Shown here one piece after another: positions 1-8,882 of a stretch of 57,887 nucleotides of DNA; positions within the stretch are counted from its first letter, which is position 1, and each line of letters begins with the position of its first letter. Below the pieces are notes generated by a model. It ran no database searches. It saw nothing but the letters and a program-made list of their open reading frames with translations, and was not told where the DNA came from. The translations under genes and the position numbers were made by a program. Origin of the DNA: Cyanobacteria bacterium P01_G01_bin.19 (GTDB taxonomy: Bacteria > Cyanobacteriota > Cyanobacteriia > Cyanobacteriales > Xenococcaceae); NCBI GenBank assembly GCA_039181635.1, contig JBCDCO010000001.1, forward strand, positions 1 to 57,887, read 5' to 3'.

Positions 1-476
1 CTCGGTCAAATTAGCAGCGATAGTTACCGAGTTCTTTTAGCTTTTTCATACCTAAGTATAAATATTTAATTAATAACTGACGTTAGTTTATCAGTACAAA
101 ATACTATCTACCTCGTAAAAAATACCGATCTTTAGTTCCTAGTATTTTTAACTTTTCCAAAAATACGTAAGACTAAAAATTTTGTTTTAACTGCCTATTT
201 TAGTTGAAATAAATGTAATGAAAAACCAAAGATGCCCTAGATATCGTAACTTAGCATCTTTACAGCTTTATAATACAAAATTTACAAAAATATTACACAT
301 TTGTCTTTTACGTGAATTAACTTAGTAAATAAGACAAACGTATAAATACGTAAGCAATATTTCTTAATTCATAAACAAATATTCAAATATTTTTGTTGTT
401 TGACAAAGTCAAACAATTAATAAACTTCTTTTTAATTCTTTTTTAAAACTTAATTTTTAAAAATATCCCAAATAAT

Positions 477-3400
477 ATGAACTTAGTAGCATCCAATTCC
501 AACAATCAAAATTTAGTCCTTCAGTCTACTGGTGTAGGGGTTAATATTCAAGACCTATCATTGCTAGGAGATTTTACTTTAGAATTTAGGCTTTATTTTG
601 AACCCGATCGCGAGATTAATAATGAAGATGGTATTGTCAGCAGCGGGACTTTTGGCAATGGTAGCGACGTCAGCTTTGAAGAAGGCAAATTGCAGCTATA
701 CAGTTCCAGTCATGGCGGCAACGGCGTTGTGGTACGCTCCAACACTACCGCAGAAGCAGGTAAATGGAATCACTATGCGATCGTCAGAGAAAATGGCATT
801 ACCAAAATTTACTTGAACGGAGAAGTTGATGGTACTTCTACTCAAAGCTGGACTAACAGTTTTGAAATTTCGGAGATTGCTCAATCTTTAAATGGTGGAC
901 TAGAAGGACAGCTAGATGAATTGCGAATCTGGCAAGTGGCTCGCAATACTACTGAGATCCAAAACAATATGGAGCTTAGCGTTCCTAATGATAGTGCTGG
1001 CTTAGAGCGTTACTATCGTTTTGACGATCCAGGACATATTATTGATGCCACTGGAAATGCTGAAACAGGTCACGATTTGCATCTCCCCATAGGGGTTTCT
1101 ATTGTCAATGCGGCAGAAGAAGCTTCTACAGGAGAGTTTATCGATACTCAAGTCGTTGACGGCTTATTTCTGCCTACGGATATGGCTTTTCTACCCGATG
1201 GTCGGATGCTAGTCATCGAAAAAGGCGGAACAATCCAAATTGTTGCCGATCCCACTCAACCCAACAGCAGTATCGAAACCTATATGGACATGAGCGATTT
1301 TGTTCTAGATAGTGAGGAGAGGGGATTGCTGGCGATTGAAGTAGACCCCAATTTTGAAACTAACGGTTATTTTTATCTTTTTTACACTAATGACCTAGAA
1401 CAACGCACTACAGTTTCCCGTTTTCAGCATCAAGAAAATGGTGGTGGCACTTCTAGTCGTGCGGCATATAGTAGCGAAACAGTCTTGTGGCAAGAATTTG
1501 ATGTCACCTCAAGCTGCTGTCATCAAGGAGGCGGTTTGGCGATCGCTCACGAACCCATTGATGAGAACGATCCCAGTCCCTATAAAATTTACATTACTGT
1601 TGGGGAAGAATTCGACGGTATCAAATCCCAAGATTTGGGTCATGATGATGGCAAGGTACATCGCATCAATCTCAGCGATGGTTCGATTCCTGTTGACAAT
1701 CCTTACTATGATGCTTCTACGGCTACCAACTATACCCCTACAATTGATACAAGCTCGGCAATTAGCTCCGATGGCATCATTCAAACCATTTATTCCTATG
1801 GATTGCGAAATCCCTTCCGTGCTTCTTACGACCAAGAATCCAATAGTTTATTCATCGGAGAAGTCGGTGGCAACAACAACAATACCGCCAGAGAAGACAT
1901 TCACATCGCCGCTGCTGGTGCCAATCATGGCTGGCCCAATCACGAAGGATTTTTTGGTTCTAGTGACGATCCTGGCAACCCAATTCATAGTTATCCCCAC
2001 CTCAATGGCCCAGGTCAAGGAGAAATCCCTTTATTTGGAGCTAACGGTGCATCCGTATCGGGTGGTTTGGTTTATCGTGGCGATGATTTTCCCGAACAAT
2101 ACCAAGGAGCGTATTTCTATGGAGACTGGGTTCGCAACTGGATTCGCTATCTCGAATTGGACTATTCCAACGGTCGTCCCGAACTAGTCGCAGACCACTC
2201 TTTTAAAAATACTACTGGTCAAGTTTTATCCTTCGAGCAAGGTCCCGATGGTTCTTTATATTACCTAACTACTTTCCAAACTGGTAACGTCTTTACTTTT
2301 CAAGGCGCGGTAAATCGTCTGGAATGGAGCCAGGATAATTCTGCTCCCCAAGGTGCGGGAATTGTCCTAGACAACAACGAACTATTTAGTGCGACTGCAC
2401 CCCATACCGTTACTTTTGAAGTTGATGCGAGCGATCCCGATGGTGATGAATTGACCTATCAATGGTCTTTTGGTGATGGGATCGATTTTGATGGGGATGG
2501 TATTGGCGATACTGCTACCTCTACCGACCCCAATCCTACCTATACTTATCAAGCTAAAGGTGAATACATCGTCGAACTGATCGTCACTGATAGTAATGGT
2601 GCCGCTACGGTGTTTGACTCTCAAACGATCGTGGTGGGTCAAAAACCAACTGTAAATATTACTTCCCCTGCCGATGGTTATCTGTTCCGTGCGGGAGAGA
2701 CATTGACCTTCACGGGAACGGCTAGCGATCCCGAAGATGGGGTATTGTCGGGAGATAGTGTAGTTTGGTCTGCTGTTTTCTTACACAATGAACACAATCA
2801 CCCAGGTATCTCTGGAGTTGCCAACCAAGTTGGTGGCGTAACTTTTAAAATTGAAGATTCCGGTCACGACTATAGTTCCGATACTGGCTATGAAATTTTC
2901 TTAACTGCTACTGATAGCGACGGCATCAGCACTACAGAATCGGTAATCGTTCGACCAGATAAAGTAGATATTACTTTCGACGCGCCTCGTGAAACTAACT
3001 ATCAGTTTTTACTCGATGGTTTGAGCTATCAAGGAGACTATACTCACGATACGATAATTAACTTCCAGCACACAATTGAAGCCCAAGCCAGCTATGTAGA
3101 TAATGGTCTGGAATATAATTTCTCTCACTGGGAAGATGATATCAATAACCAAGATCCCGTACGTAACTTTATCGTTCCCGACACCGATACAACTTTTCGC
3201 CCCGTATATACCATTGGTGCAACGATTAGTGATGCGATCGCTTTAGATGGAACGGAAAGCGTATCTGTACCTAATTTAGTAGTGGGTAAAGATGGTGGTG
3301 ATTTCACCATTGAAACTTGGGTCAAACTTGCTCCAGGTGATGCGATCGATAACAAAGATGGTTTAGTTAGTTCGGGAGTTTTTGGCAACGGTAACGATAT

Positions 3401-5540
3401 TAATTTCTACAATGGCAAAATTAGGCTGTATAGCTCCGATAGTGGAGATATTGTAATAGCTAATGATGAGATTTCCTCAGATGTGTGGGCTCATTATGCT
3501 ATTGTCCGCGAGCAAGGGGTCATGAAAATCTATAAGGATGGTCAATTAGAAGTAGCTAAAAACACTAATTGGGCGGGAACATTTGTTATCGATGACATTG
3601 GTGGTGCTATAGTTGGTAGTCTCAACGGAGAATTAGACGAATTTAGAATTTGGACATTAGCTCGGAGTGAGGCAGACATTGATGCCAATAAGGATTTTAG
3701 AATCAACGGCGCAACTCCAGGACTAGAGCGTTACTACCAATTTGATGGGGGAATTGTCGATATTACTGGTAACTCATCTCAAATTGAGCTTCCCGCTTCG
3801 GCTCAACTGGTTAATTCTACTGCTCCGATCCAATCTACTAGTGCCAATAATATCTCTCCTATTGCTGTAGATGATACTGCCACAATCGATGAAGGAACTA
3901 CCAAGCACTTACACATCCTCGACAATGATTACGACCCCGATGGTAGTATCAACCCCCAAGTAGTTGAGATTCTCAGCAGTCCCAGCCACGGTACACTGGA
4001 AATGATTGATACCCAAGCAGAATTAGATGCTCGCGGTCTAGGTATGCACCACTTCGGTCATGCAGAATATACTCCCAACCCAGGCTTTACTGGAGTTGAT
4101 AGCTTTGTTTATCGAGTACAAGATAATGAAGGTGCGTGGTCTAATCCCGCTACCTTGACCGTCACAGTCGAACCGACAAATAATATTCCTGTGGCTCTAG
4201 ATGATGATGCTACTACCAATGAAAATCAATCTGTAATTATTGATGTCCTAGCCAATGACAGCGATCTCGATGGCGATTTCCTCTTAATTCTGGAAGCCTG
4301 TGCTACTAATGGCTCGGTAACTATCAACAGCGATCGCACTTTGACCTATACTCCCGACACCGATTATGTCGGAGAGGACTGGATTAGCTACCGCATCAGC
4401 GATGGCAATGGAGGAGAGGCAACTGCTACTGTTAATTTGACCGTTGAGGAGGTTACAACTCCCTCCCTCGGTCGAGCAATTTCTCTTGATGGTACGGGTG
4501 GAATCGATGTTGAAGACTTGACCCTAAATGGAGACTTTACCATCGAAGCTTGGGTTAAGTTTGCTGAAAATACTGCCATCACCAATCAAGACGGAATTGT
4601 AGTATCGGGAGTCTTTGGCAACGGTAATGACCTCAATTTTTATCGAGGTAAAGCCAGAATTTATAGCTCTAGTTATGAATTTGACAACGACCCCGTAATT
4701 GCCAAGAAGCGTTCGACAAATGCCCAATGGCAGCACTATGCTTTTGTTCGGGAAAATGGCGTTGCTAGTGTTTATTTGGATGGAGTGCTTAGTTCTACTT
4801 CCAACCATAGCTGGAATGGTGAATTTGATATCGACCAAATAGGCAGAGGAATAGCAGGAGGATTAGAAGGAGAGCTAGATGAATTAAGAATCTGGTCTGT
4901 TGCCCGTACACAAAGCGAGATTAGCGACAATTTGGGCACGGAAATCGATCCTGACATTTTAGACTTAGAACGTTACTATCAATTTGACGAAGGAGTTATT
5001 GATGCTACTGGAAATTCTGCTGATGCCGAACTTCCTTCTTACGTTCAATTGGTTGATTCTACCGCTCCTATAGATAATTTGGATTTGAATGTTGCTTCTA
5101 TTGCTACAGACGATCGATTTATCGTTCTCGAGGATAGTATTAATTTCTTACGCATCCTTGATAATGACTTCGATTCCGATGGTAGCCTAAATCCACTAGA
5201 GATCGAGATTTTGACCCAGCCAGTTCATGGCAGTCTCGAAATTTTGGATACCCAAGCAGAGTTGGATGCTAGAAATAGAAGCGTCAATTCCTTTGGTCGT
5301 GCCGAATATATTGCCCCAGAAGGATTCTCTGGTACTGATGTCTTTACCTATCGCGTCCAAGATAACGATGGTGATTGGTCTAATCCTGCTACGGTCACCA
5401 TTGATGTTGAATTACAATCTAGCTTTAATACTGTCAGCAATAACTCAATTCAAGCATTCTCAACGGATGATGGCATTGCTTCTGATGCTCTGACTTTAGA
5501 ATTAGAAGATATGGTTGGAGAAGATGATATCTTAAGCTAA
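477..5540 (+). CDS. Large acidic surface protein: three LamG-like domains, PQQ-dependent glucose/sorbosone dehydrogenase-type propeller, PKD and Ig-like (Big_9/cadherin-like) repeats
   Basis: Three DFT(L/I)E..W.HYA.VRE.G..G.LDE(L/F)RIW units; LPTDMAFLPDGR, ERGLLAIEVDPNF, HQGGG, YGLRNPFR, YFYGDW; DPDGDELTYQWSFGDG; P.A.DD / ND.D.DG / F.YRVQDN.G repeats; no signal peptide. Confidence 0.85.
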   Translation: MNLVASNSNNQNLVLQSTGVGVNIQDLSLLGDFTLEFRLYFEPDREINNEDGIVSSGTFGNGSDVSFEEGKLQLYSSSHGGNGVVVRSNTTAEAGKWNHYAIVRENGITKIYLNGEVDGTSTQSWTNSFEISEIAQSLNGGLEGQLDELRIWQVARNTTEIQNNMELSVPNDSAGLERYYRFDDPGHIIDATGNAETGHDLHLPIGVSIVNAAEEASTGEFIDTQVVDGLFLPTDMAFLPDGRMLVIEKGGTIQIVADPTQPNSSIETYMDMSDFVLDSEERGLLAIEVDPNFETNGYFYLFYTNDLEQRTTVSRFQHQENGGGTSSRAAYSSETVLWQEFDVTSSCCHQGGGLAIAHEPIDENDPSPYKIYITVGEEFDGIKSQDLGHDDGKVHRINLSDGSIPVDNPYYDASTATNYTPTIDTSSAISSDGIIQTIYSYGLRNPFRASYDQESNSLFIGEVGGNNNNTAREDIHIAAAGANHGWPNHEGFFGSSDDPGNPIHSYPHLNGPGQGEIPLFGANGASVSGGLVYRGDDFPEQYQGAYFYGDWVRNWIRYLELDYSNGRPELVADHSFKNTTGQVLSFEQGPDGSLYYLTTFQTGNVFTFQGAVNRLEWSQDNSAPQGAGIVLDNNELFSATAPHTVTFEVDASDPDGDELTYQWSFGDGIDFDGDGIGDTATSTDPNPTYTYQAKGEYIVELIVTDSNGAATVFDSQTIVVGQKPTVNITSPADGYLFRAGETLTFTGTASDPEDGVLSGDSVVWSAVFLHNEHNHPGISGVANQVGGVTFKIEDSGHDYSSDTGYEIFLTATDSDGISTTESVIVRPDKVDITFDAPRETNYQFLLDGLSYQGDYTHDTIINFQHTIEAQASYVDNGLEYNFSHWEDDINNQDPVRNFIVPDTDTTFRPVYTIGATISDAIALDGTESVSVPNLVVGKDGGDFTIETWVKLAPGDAIDNKDGLVSSGVFGNGNDINFYNGKIRLYSSDSGDIVIANDEISSDVWAHYAIVREQGVMKIYKDGQLEVAKNTNWAGTFVIDDIGGAIVGSLNGELDEFRIWTLARSEADIDANKDFRINGATPGLERYYQFDGGIVDITGNSSQIELPASAQLVNSTAPIQSTSANNISPIAVDDTATIDEGTTKHLHILDNDYDPDGSINPQVVEILSSPSHGTLEMIDTQAELDARGLGMHHFGHAEYTPNPGFTGVDSFVYRVQDNEGAWSNPATLTVTVEPTNNIPVALDDDATTNENQSVIIDVLANDSDLDGDFLLILEACATNGSVTINSDRTLTYTPDTDYVGEDWISYRISDGNGGEATATVNLTVEEVTTPSLGRAISLDGTGGIDVEDLTLNGDFTIEAWVKFAENTAITNQDGIVVSGVFGNGNDLNFYRGKARIYSSSYEFDNDPVIAKKRSTNAQWQHYAFVRENGVASVYLDGVLSSTSNHSWNGEFDIDQIGRGIAGGLEGELDELRIWSVARTQSEISDNLGTEIDPDILDLERYYQFDEGVIDATGNSADAELPSYVQLVDSTAPIDNLDLNVASIATDDRFIVLEDSINFLRILDNDFDSDGSLNPLEIEILTQPVHGSLEILDTQAELDARNRSVNSFGRAEYIAPEGFSGTDVFTYRVQDNDGDWSNPATVTIDVELQSSFNTVSNNSIQAFSTDDGIASDALTLELEDMVGEDDILS

Positions 5541-5627
5541 ATACGAGGGGGCTGGGGGATTGGAAAAACATCCTTTTCCCTTTACCCCTTACCCAATCTT
5601 CACAAATTAATGAGCGCGTAACAGAGT

Positions 5628-6668
5628 TTAAGAATATTGCTGGATGTCTTCTAGCCATAGAGAAACTAGCTTCATCTCTCGATCTGTGACAATGTTTGCC
5701 TTTTCTAAAGCACTGTATGCTTGATATAAATTGTCAGATACCGAATAAGAATCTCGAACACTATCTTGGACTATTTCTGCTACTTTGTATGGATGCATAA
5801 AGCAAGGGATTTCCGATTCAAAATCCTTCATATAGTCATGGGGATTGCGTTCTTGAACTACGGTAGCTTTAGTAAAGCCCAGAGAATAACCCGCCGCCCA
5901 AATAATTGGTTGGGCGATTAATCCCCTTAAAATATCGGTATAGCGGAAAGTCACAAAACAAGGTAGATATAACAGAGGGAACAATTCTTTTATGAAGGCA
6001 GTATTTTGAGAATTGAACGGACAAAGGGTTCCTTGGCTCAAAACTACGGGTTGACGGTCTTCAAAGAAACAGGGAGTATTGGAAACCAACCGATAAATAG
6101 CATCTACATCGGGATCGCCATCTGCCAAACCCTGCCAAACTCCTACCTTAACTTCAGCTGGCAGAGATCGCTCTTGAATATCGTTAAACTTATGGTTAAT
6201 TAAATCTAGAGGAAAACCTCTGGGCCAAATATGTTGTTCGGTAAATAATTGATAGATGTTAATATAGCCCAGATCTTGGGGGGTGGTTCGATAGTTGCCC
6301 GCAAAGCTGGGAAAATGCCAATCCTGCTTGGGAATATTATCGTCATCGGTATCAATGATTATTTTGGCTCCCTGCTGCATGGCATAGATATAGCCCAGAT
6401 TTTTGCGCCCATAGTGATTGTAGGGTAATAGTTCAAATAGTTGAGAATCTAGCTCCGATTGGCGATCTACCGAAAGAAAACTCGTCCCTTCCCATTGCCA
6501 ATCTTGAGGAGTTTTGCGATCGCCAACGACAACTAGTTGATGGTCTTCTCGTTTGGCAAAATCCCGAACTGCTTTGGTTGGAGGATAGATCGAGGTGATA
6601 ATAATAAAATTCTGAGTTTTTGTCGAACGGTCGTGATTAACCAGCCCCAGGTTGGTTTGAGTTTGCAT
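5628..6668 (-). CDS. STELLO/DUF288 glycosyltransferase-like protein
   Basis: IITSIYPPT, KNLGYIYA, DTDDDN, WPRGFPL, QGLADGDPDVDAIYRL, PFNSQNT, FRYTDILRG; ATG 6668 has AGGAG upstream (track start 6680). Confidence 0.8.
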   Translation of the reverse strand: MQTQTNLGLVNHDRSTKTQNFIIITSIYPPTKAVRDFAKREDHQLVVVGDRKTPQDWQWEGTSFLSVDRQSELDSQLFELLPYNHYGRKNLGYIYAMQQGAKIIIDTDDDNIPKQDWHFPSFAGNYRTTPQDLGYINIYQLFTEQHIWPRGFPLDLINHKFNDIQERSLPAEVKVGVWQGLADGDPDVDAIYRLVSNTPCFFEDRQPVVLSQGTLCPFNSQNTAFIKELFPLLYLPCFVTFRYTDILRGLIAQPIIWAAGYSLGFTKATVVQERNPHDYMKDFESEIPCFMHPYKVAEIVQDSVRDSYSVSDNLYQAYSALEKANIVTDREMKLVSLWLEDIQQYS

Positions 6669-6710
6669 GGGATTTTTCACTCCTAAAGAAATTTTTTACG
6701 ATAAATTGGC

Positions 6711-7952
6711 TTAACTTACTAAACTGGCGATTTTCCAATCAGTTGTATGTAATAGAACACCACCAGCACCATTCTTATGTACGGTTCCTTCAATTTCGAG
6801 ATTTAATTCACCTTCTGAGTAAATAACCGTATTTTCATATTCATCTCGAACTCCAAAAATAATTCCATAGACTCCAGGAGCCAAAGTAGGTAGGTTTATC
6901 TCTGTATCGATGACAACTCTACCTTCTAGTTTGCGATTGAAATCAACTCTTGGATCGTCGGCAAGATGAGAAGTAAAAATTCTTTGCCCCATATAATCGA
7001 CGATGGCAAAACCTGGATTAACACGACTAACAGGTTCTTTAAAATTAAATTCAAATCGCAGTCGATAGTTTTCAGCAAAGTTATATACTTTTATCTTATT
7101 TTCTTCATTATTTATCCAATAAGGTGAAGTCAATTCAAATCTGCCGCATTTGGAAGTAATTGTTTCCCTCGCGCCAATTGTTTCATGACCTGATAAAAAA
7201 TATTGGTCTACAATACCTTCAACATCTCCTTGGGAAATTAGCTGACCCTGGGATAAGAAAATACCTTGATCGCATAAAGCTTTGATCGCAGCCATATTGT
7301 GACTAACAAACAATACTGTTCTTCCTTCGTCGCCAACATCTTTCATTTTGCCCAAGCACTTCTTTTGAAACTGAGCATCACCCACAGCCAGAACTTCATC
7401 TACTATCAAAATCTCTGGTTCTAAGTGAGCGGCAACGGCAAAAGCCAAACGAACGTACATTCCCGAAGAATATCTTTTCACGGGAGTATCGAGAAACTTT
7501 TCTACTTCAGCAAAAGCAACAATTTCATCGAACTTTTTCTTTATTTCTTGTTTGTGCATGCCTAAAACAGCACCGTTAAGAAAGATATTTTCTCTACCTG
7601 TAAGCTCGGGATGGAATCCTGTACCTACTTCTAATAAGCTTGAAATTCGACCTTTTATTTTTATTTGTCCTTTAGTAGGTTCGGTAATACGACTAAGAAT
7701 CTTTAGCAGCGTAGATTTTCCCGCACCATTGCGTCCGATAATACCCACGCGATCGCCTTGCTTAATTTCAAAACTCAAATCGTCTAATGCCCAAAACTCT
7801 CCCTGAGTATTTTTGCCAATGTTATTGGTCTTGAGAACAGATTTGACCGTATTACCAATCACATCTCGTAATGTTGTATACTTCTCTTTTTTTTGATGTC
7901 CGAGAATATACTTTTTTCCTAGATTTTCGACTTTAATAATTGACTCAGACAT
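6711..7952 (-). CDS. wzt: Polysaccharide ABC transporter ATP-binding subunit with C-terminal Wzt-C domain
   Basis: GRNGAGKST, LLEVGTGFHPELTGREN, YSSGMYVRLAFAVAAH, IVDEVLAVGD. Confidence 0.92.
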   Translation of the reverse strand: MSESIIKVENLGKKYILGHQKKEKYTTLRDVIGNTVKSVLKTNNIGKNTQGEFWALDDLSFEIKQGDRVGIIGRNGAGKSTLLKILSRITEPTKGQIKIKGRISSLLEVGTGFHPELTGRENIFLNGAVLGMHKQEIKKKFDEIVAFAEVEKFLDTPVKRYSSGMYVRLAFAVAAHLEPEILIVDEVLAVGDAQFQKKCLGKMKDVGDEGRTVLFVSHNMAAIKALCDQGIFLSQGQLISQGDVEGIVDQYFLSGHETIGARETITSKCGRFELTSPYWINNEENKIKVYNFAENYRLRFEFNFKEPVSRVNPGFAIVDYMGQRIFTSHLADDPRVDFNRKLEGRVVIDTEINLPTLAPGVYGIIFGVRDEYENTVIYSEGELNLEIEGTVHKNGAGGVLLHTTDWKIASLVS

Positions 7953-7957
7953 TTACA

Positions 7958-8001
7958 GTTATTAATTACTTATTACTAATTACTAATTACTGATTAGTTA
8001 A
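7958..8001. repeat. Heptamer tandem repeat (ATTACTN x5, STRR-like)
   Basis: attactt attacta attacta attactg attagtt between wzm and wzt. Confidence 0.75.
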
Positions 8002-8014
8002 TGTTCTCAAAGAC

Positions 8015-8848
8015 CTAAATTACATCTGCAAAGGTGCGCTCCATTTTACGGAAGTATTTAACTCCGCCGAACAACAAAATACTAACCAGTCCTAAAGAAA
8101 TAAAAAATCCAGGGAGATACAAATTTGATTCTCCTCCCAAAATTGCCCAGCGAAAACCATCAATCACCCCTACCATGGGGTTGATTGAATACAATAATCT
8201 CCACTGTGTGGGAACAACATTGCTGCTAAAGCCCACAGGGGATATATACAGACCAAACTGGACAATAAAAGGTACTATGTAACGAAAGTCTCGATACTTT
8301 ACGTTTAGAGATGCCAGCCACAATCCCGCACCCATCGAAGCAGCAAAGGCGATCGCAATAAATAAGGGTAAAGTGATAATTCTCCAGCTAGGAACATAAT
8401 CATACCAAGCCATGAGCCCTACCAAAATCATGCCCGAAATCATGAAGTCCACAAAGCTCACCACTACGGCACTTGTAGGTACAATTAAACGGGGAAAATA
8501 AACTTTGGAAATCAGGTTGGCATTCGTAATCAAGCTGCTGCTGCATTCTGACAGCGAGTTGGCAAAAAATTGCCAGGGAAGCATCGCGGCAAATACTAAG
8601 ACTGGATATGGCGCGCCGCCTTCGGAGGGCAACTTAGCGATCTTACCAAAAACTACACTAAAAACAATCATGGTGAGGAAGGGTCTGATCAAAGCCCAAG
8701 CCATACCAATGACTGTTTGTTTATAGCGAACTAGAATATCGCGCCAAGCCAAGAAATAAAATAATTCTCGGTATCGCCACAGATCTTGCCAGTACTGGCT
8801 TTCAGCTCTGTCAGCTCTAATAACTAACTCAGGAGGATTACTAATCAT
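8015..8848 (-). CDS. wzm: Polysaccharide ABC-2 permease
   Basis: RDILVRYKQT.IG..W, KVYFPR, YRDFRYIVPF, hydrophobic helices; upstream of wzt. Confidence 0.92.
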   Translation of the reverse strand: MISNPPELVIRADRAESQYWQDLWRYRELFYFLAWRDILVRYKQTVIGMAWALIRPFLTMIVFSVVFGKIAKLPSEGGAPYPVLVFAAMLPWQFFANSLSECSSSLITNANLISKVYFPRLIVPTSAVVVSFVDFMISGMILVGLMAWYDYVPSWRIITLPLFIAIAFAASMGAGLWLASLNVKYRDFRYIVPFIVQFGLYISPVGFSSNVVPTQWRLLYSINPMVGVIDGFRWAILGGESNLYLPGFFISLGLVSILLFGGVKYFRKMERTFADVI

Positions 8849-8882
8849 AATGAACGCAGATATGTGTTGATTACTTAATTGA

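Noticed and set aside
5545-5600. G-rich/C-rich heptamer-like stretch between convergent genes
   Set aside because: Pairing is too imperfect to call a terminator; probably degenerate short tandem repeats
598-5658. Short ORFs nested in or antisense to the giant gene, and similar shadow ORFs over other long genes
   Set aside because: They overlap well-supported CDSs and show no motifs; expected frame shadows
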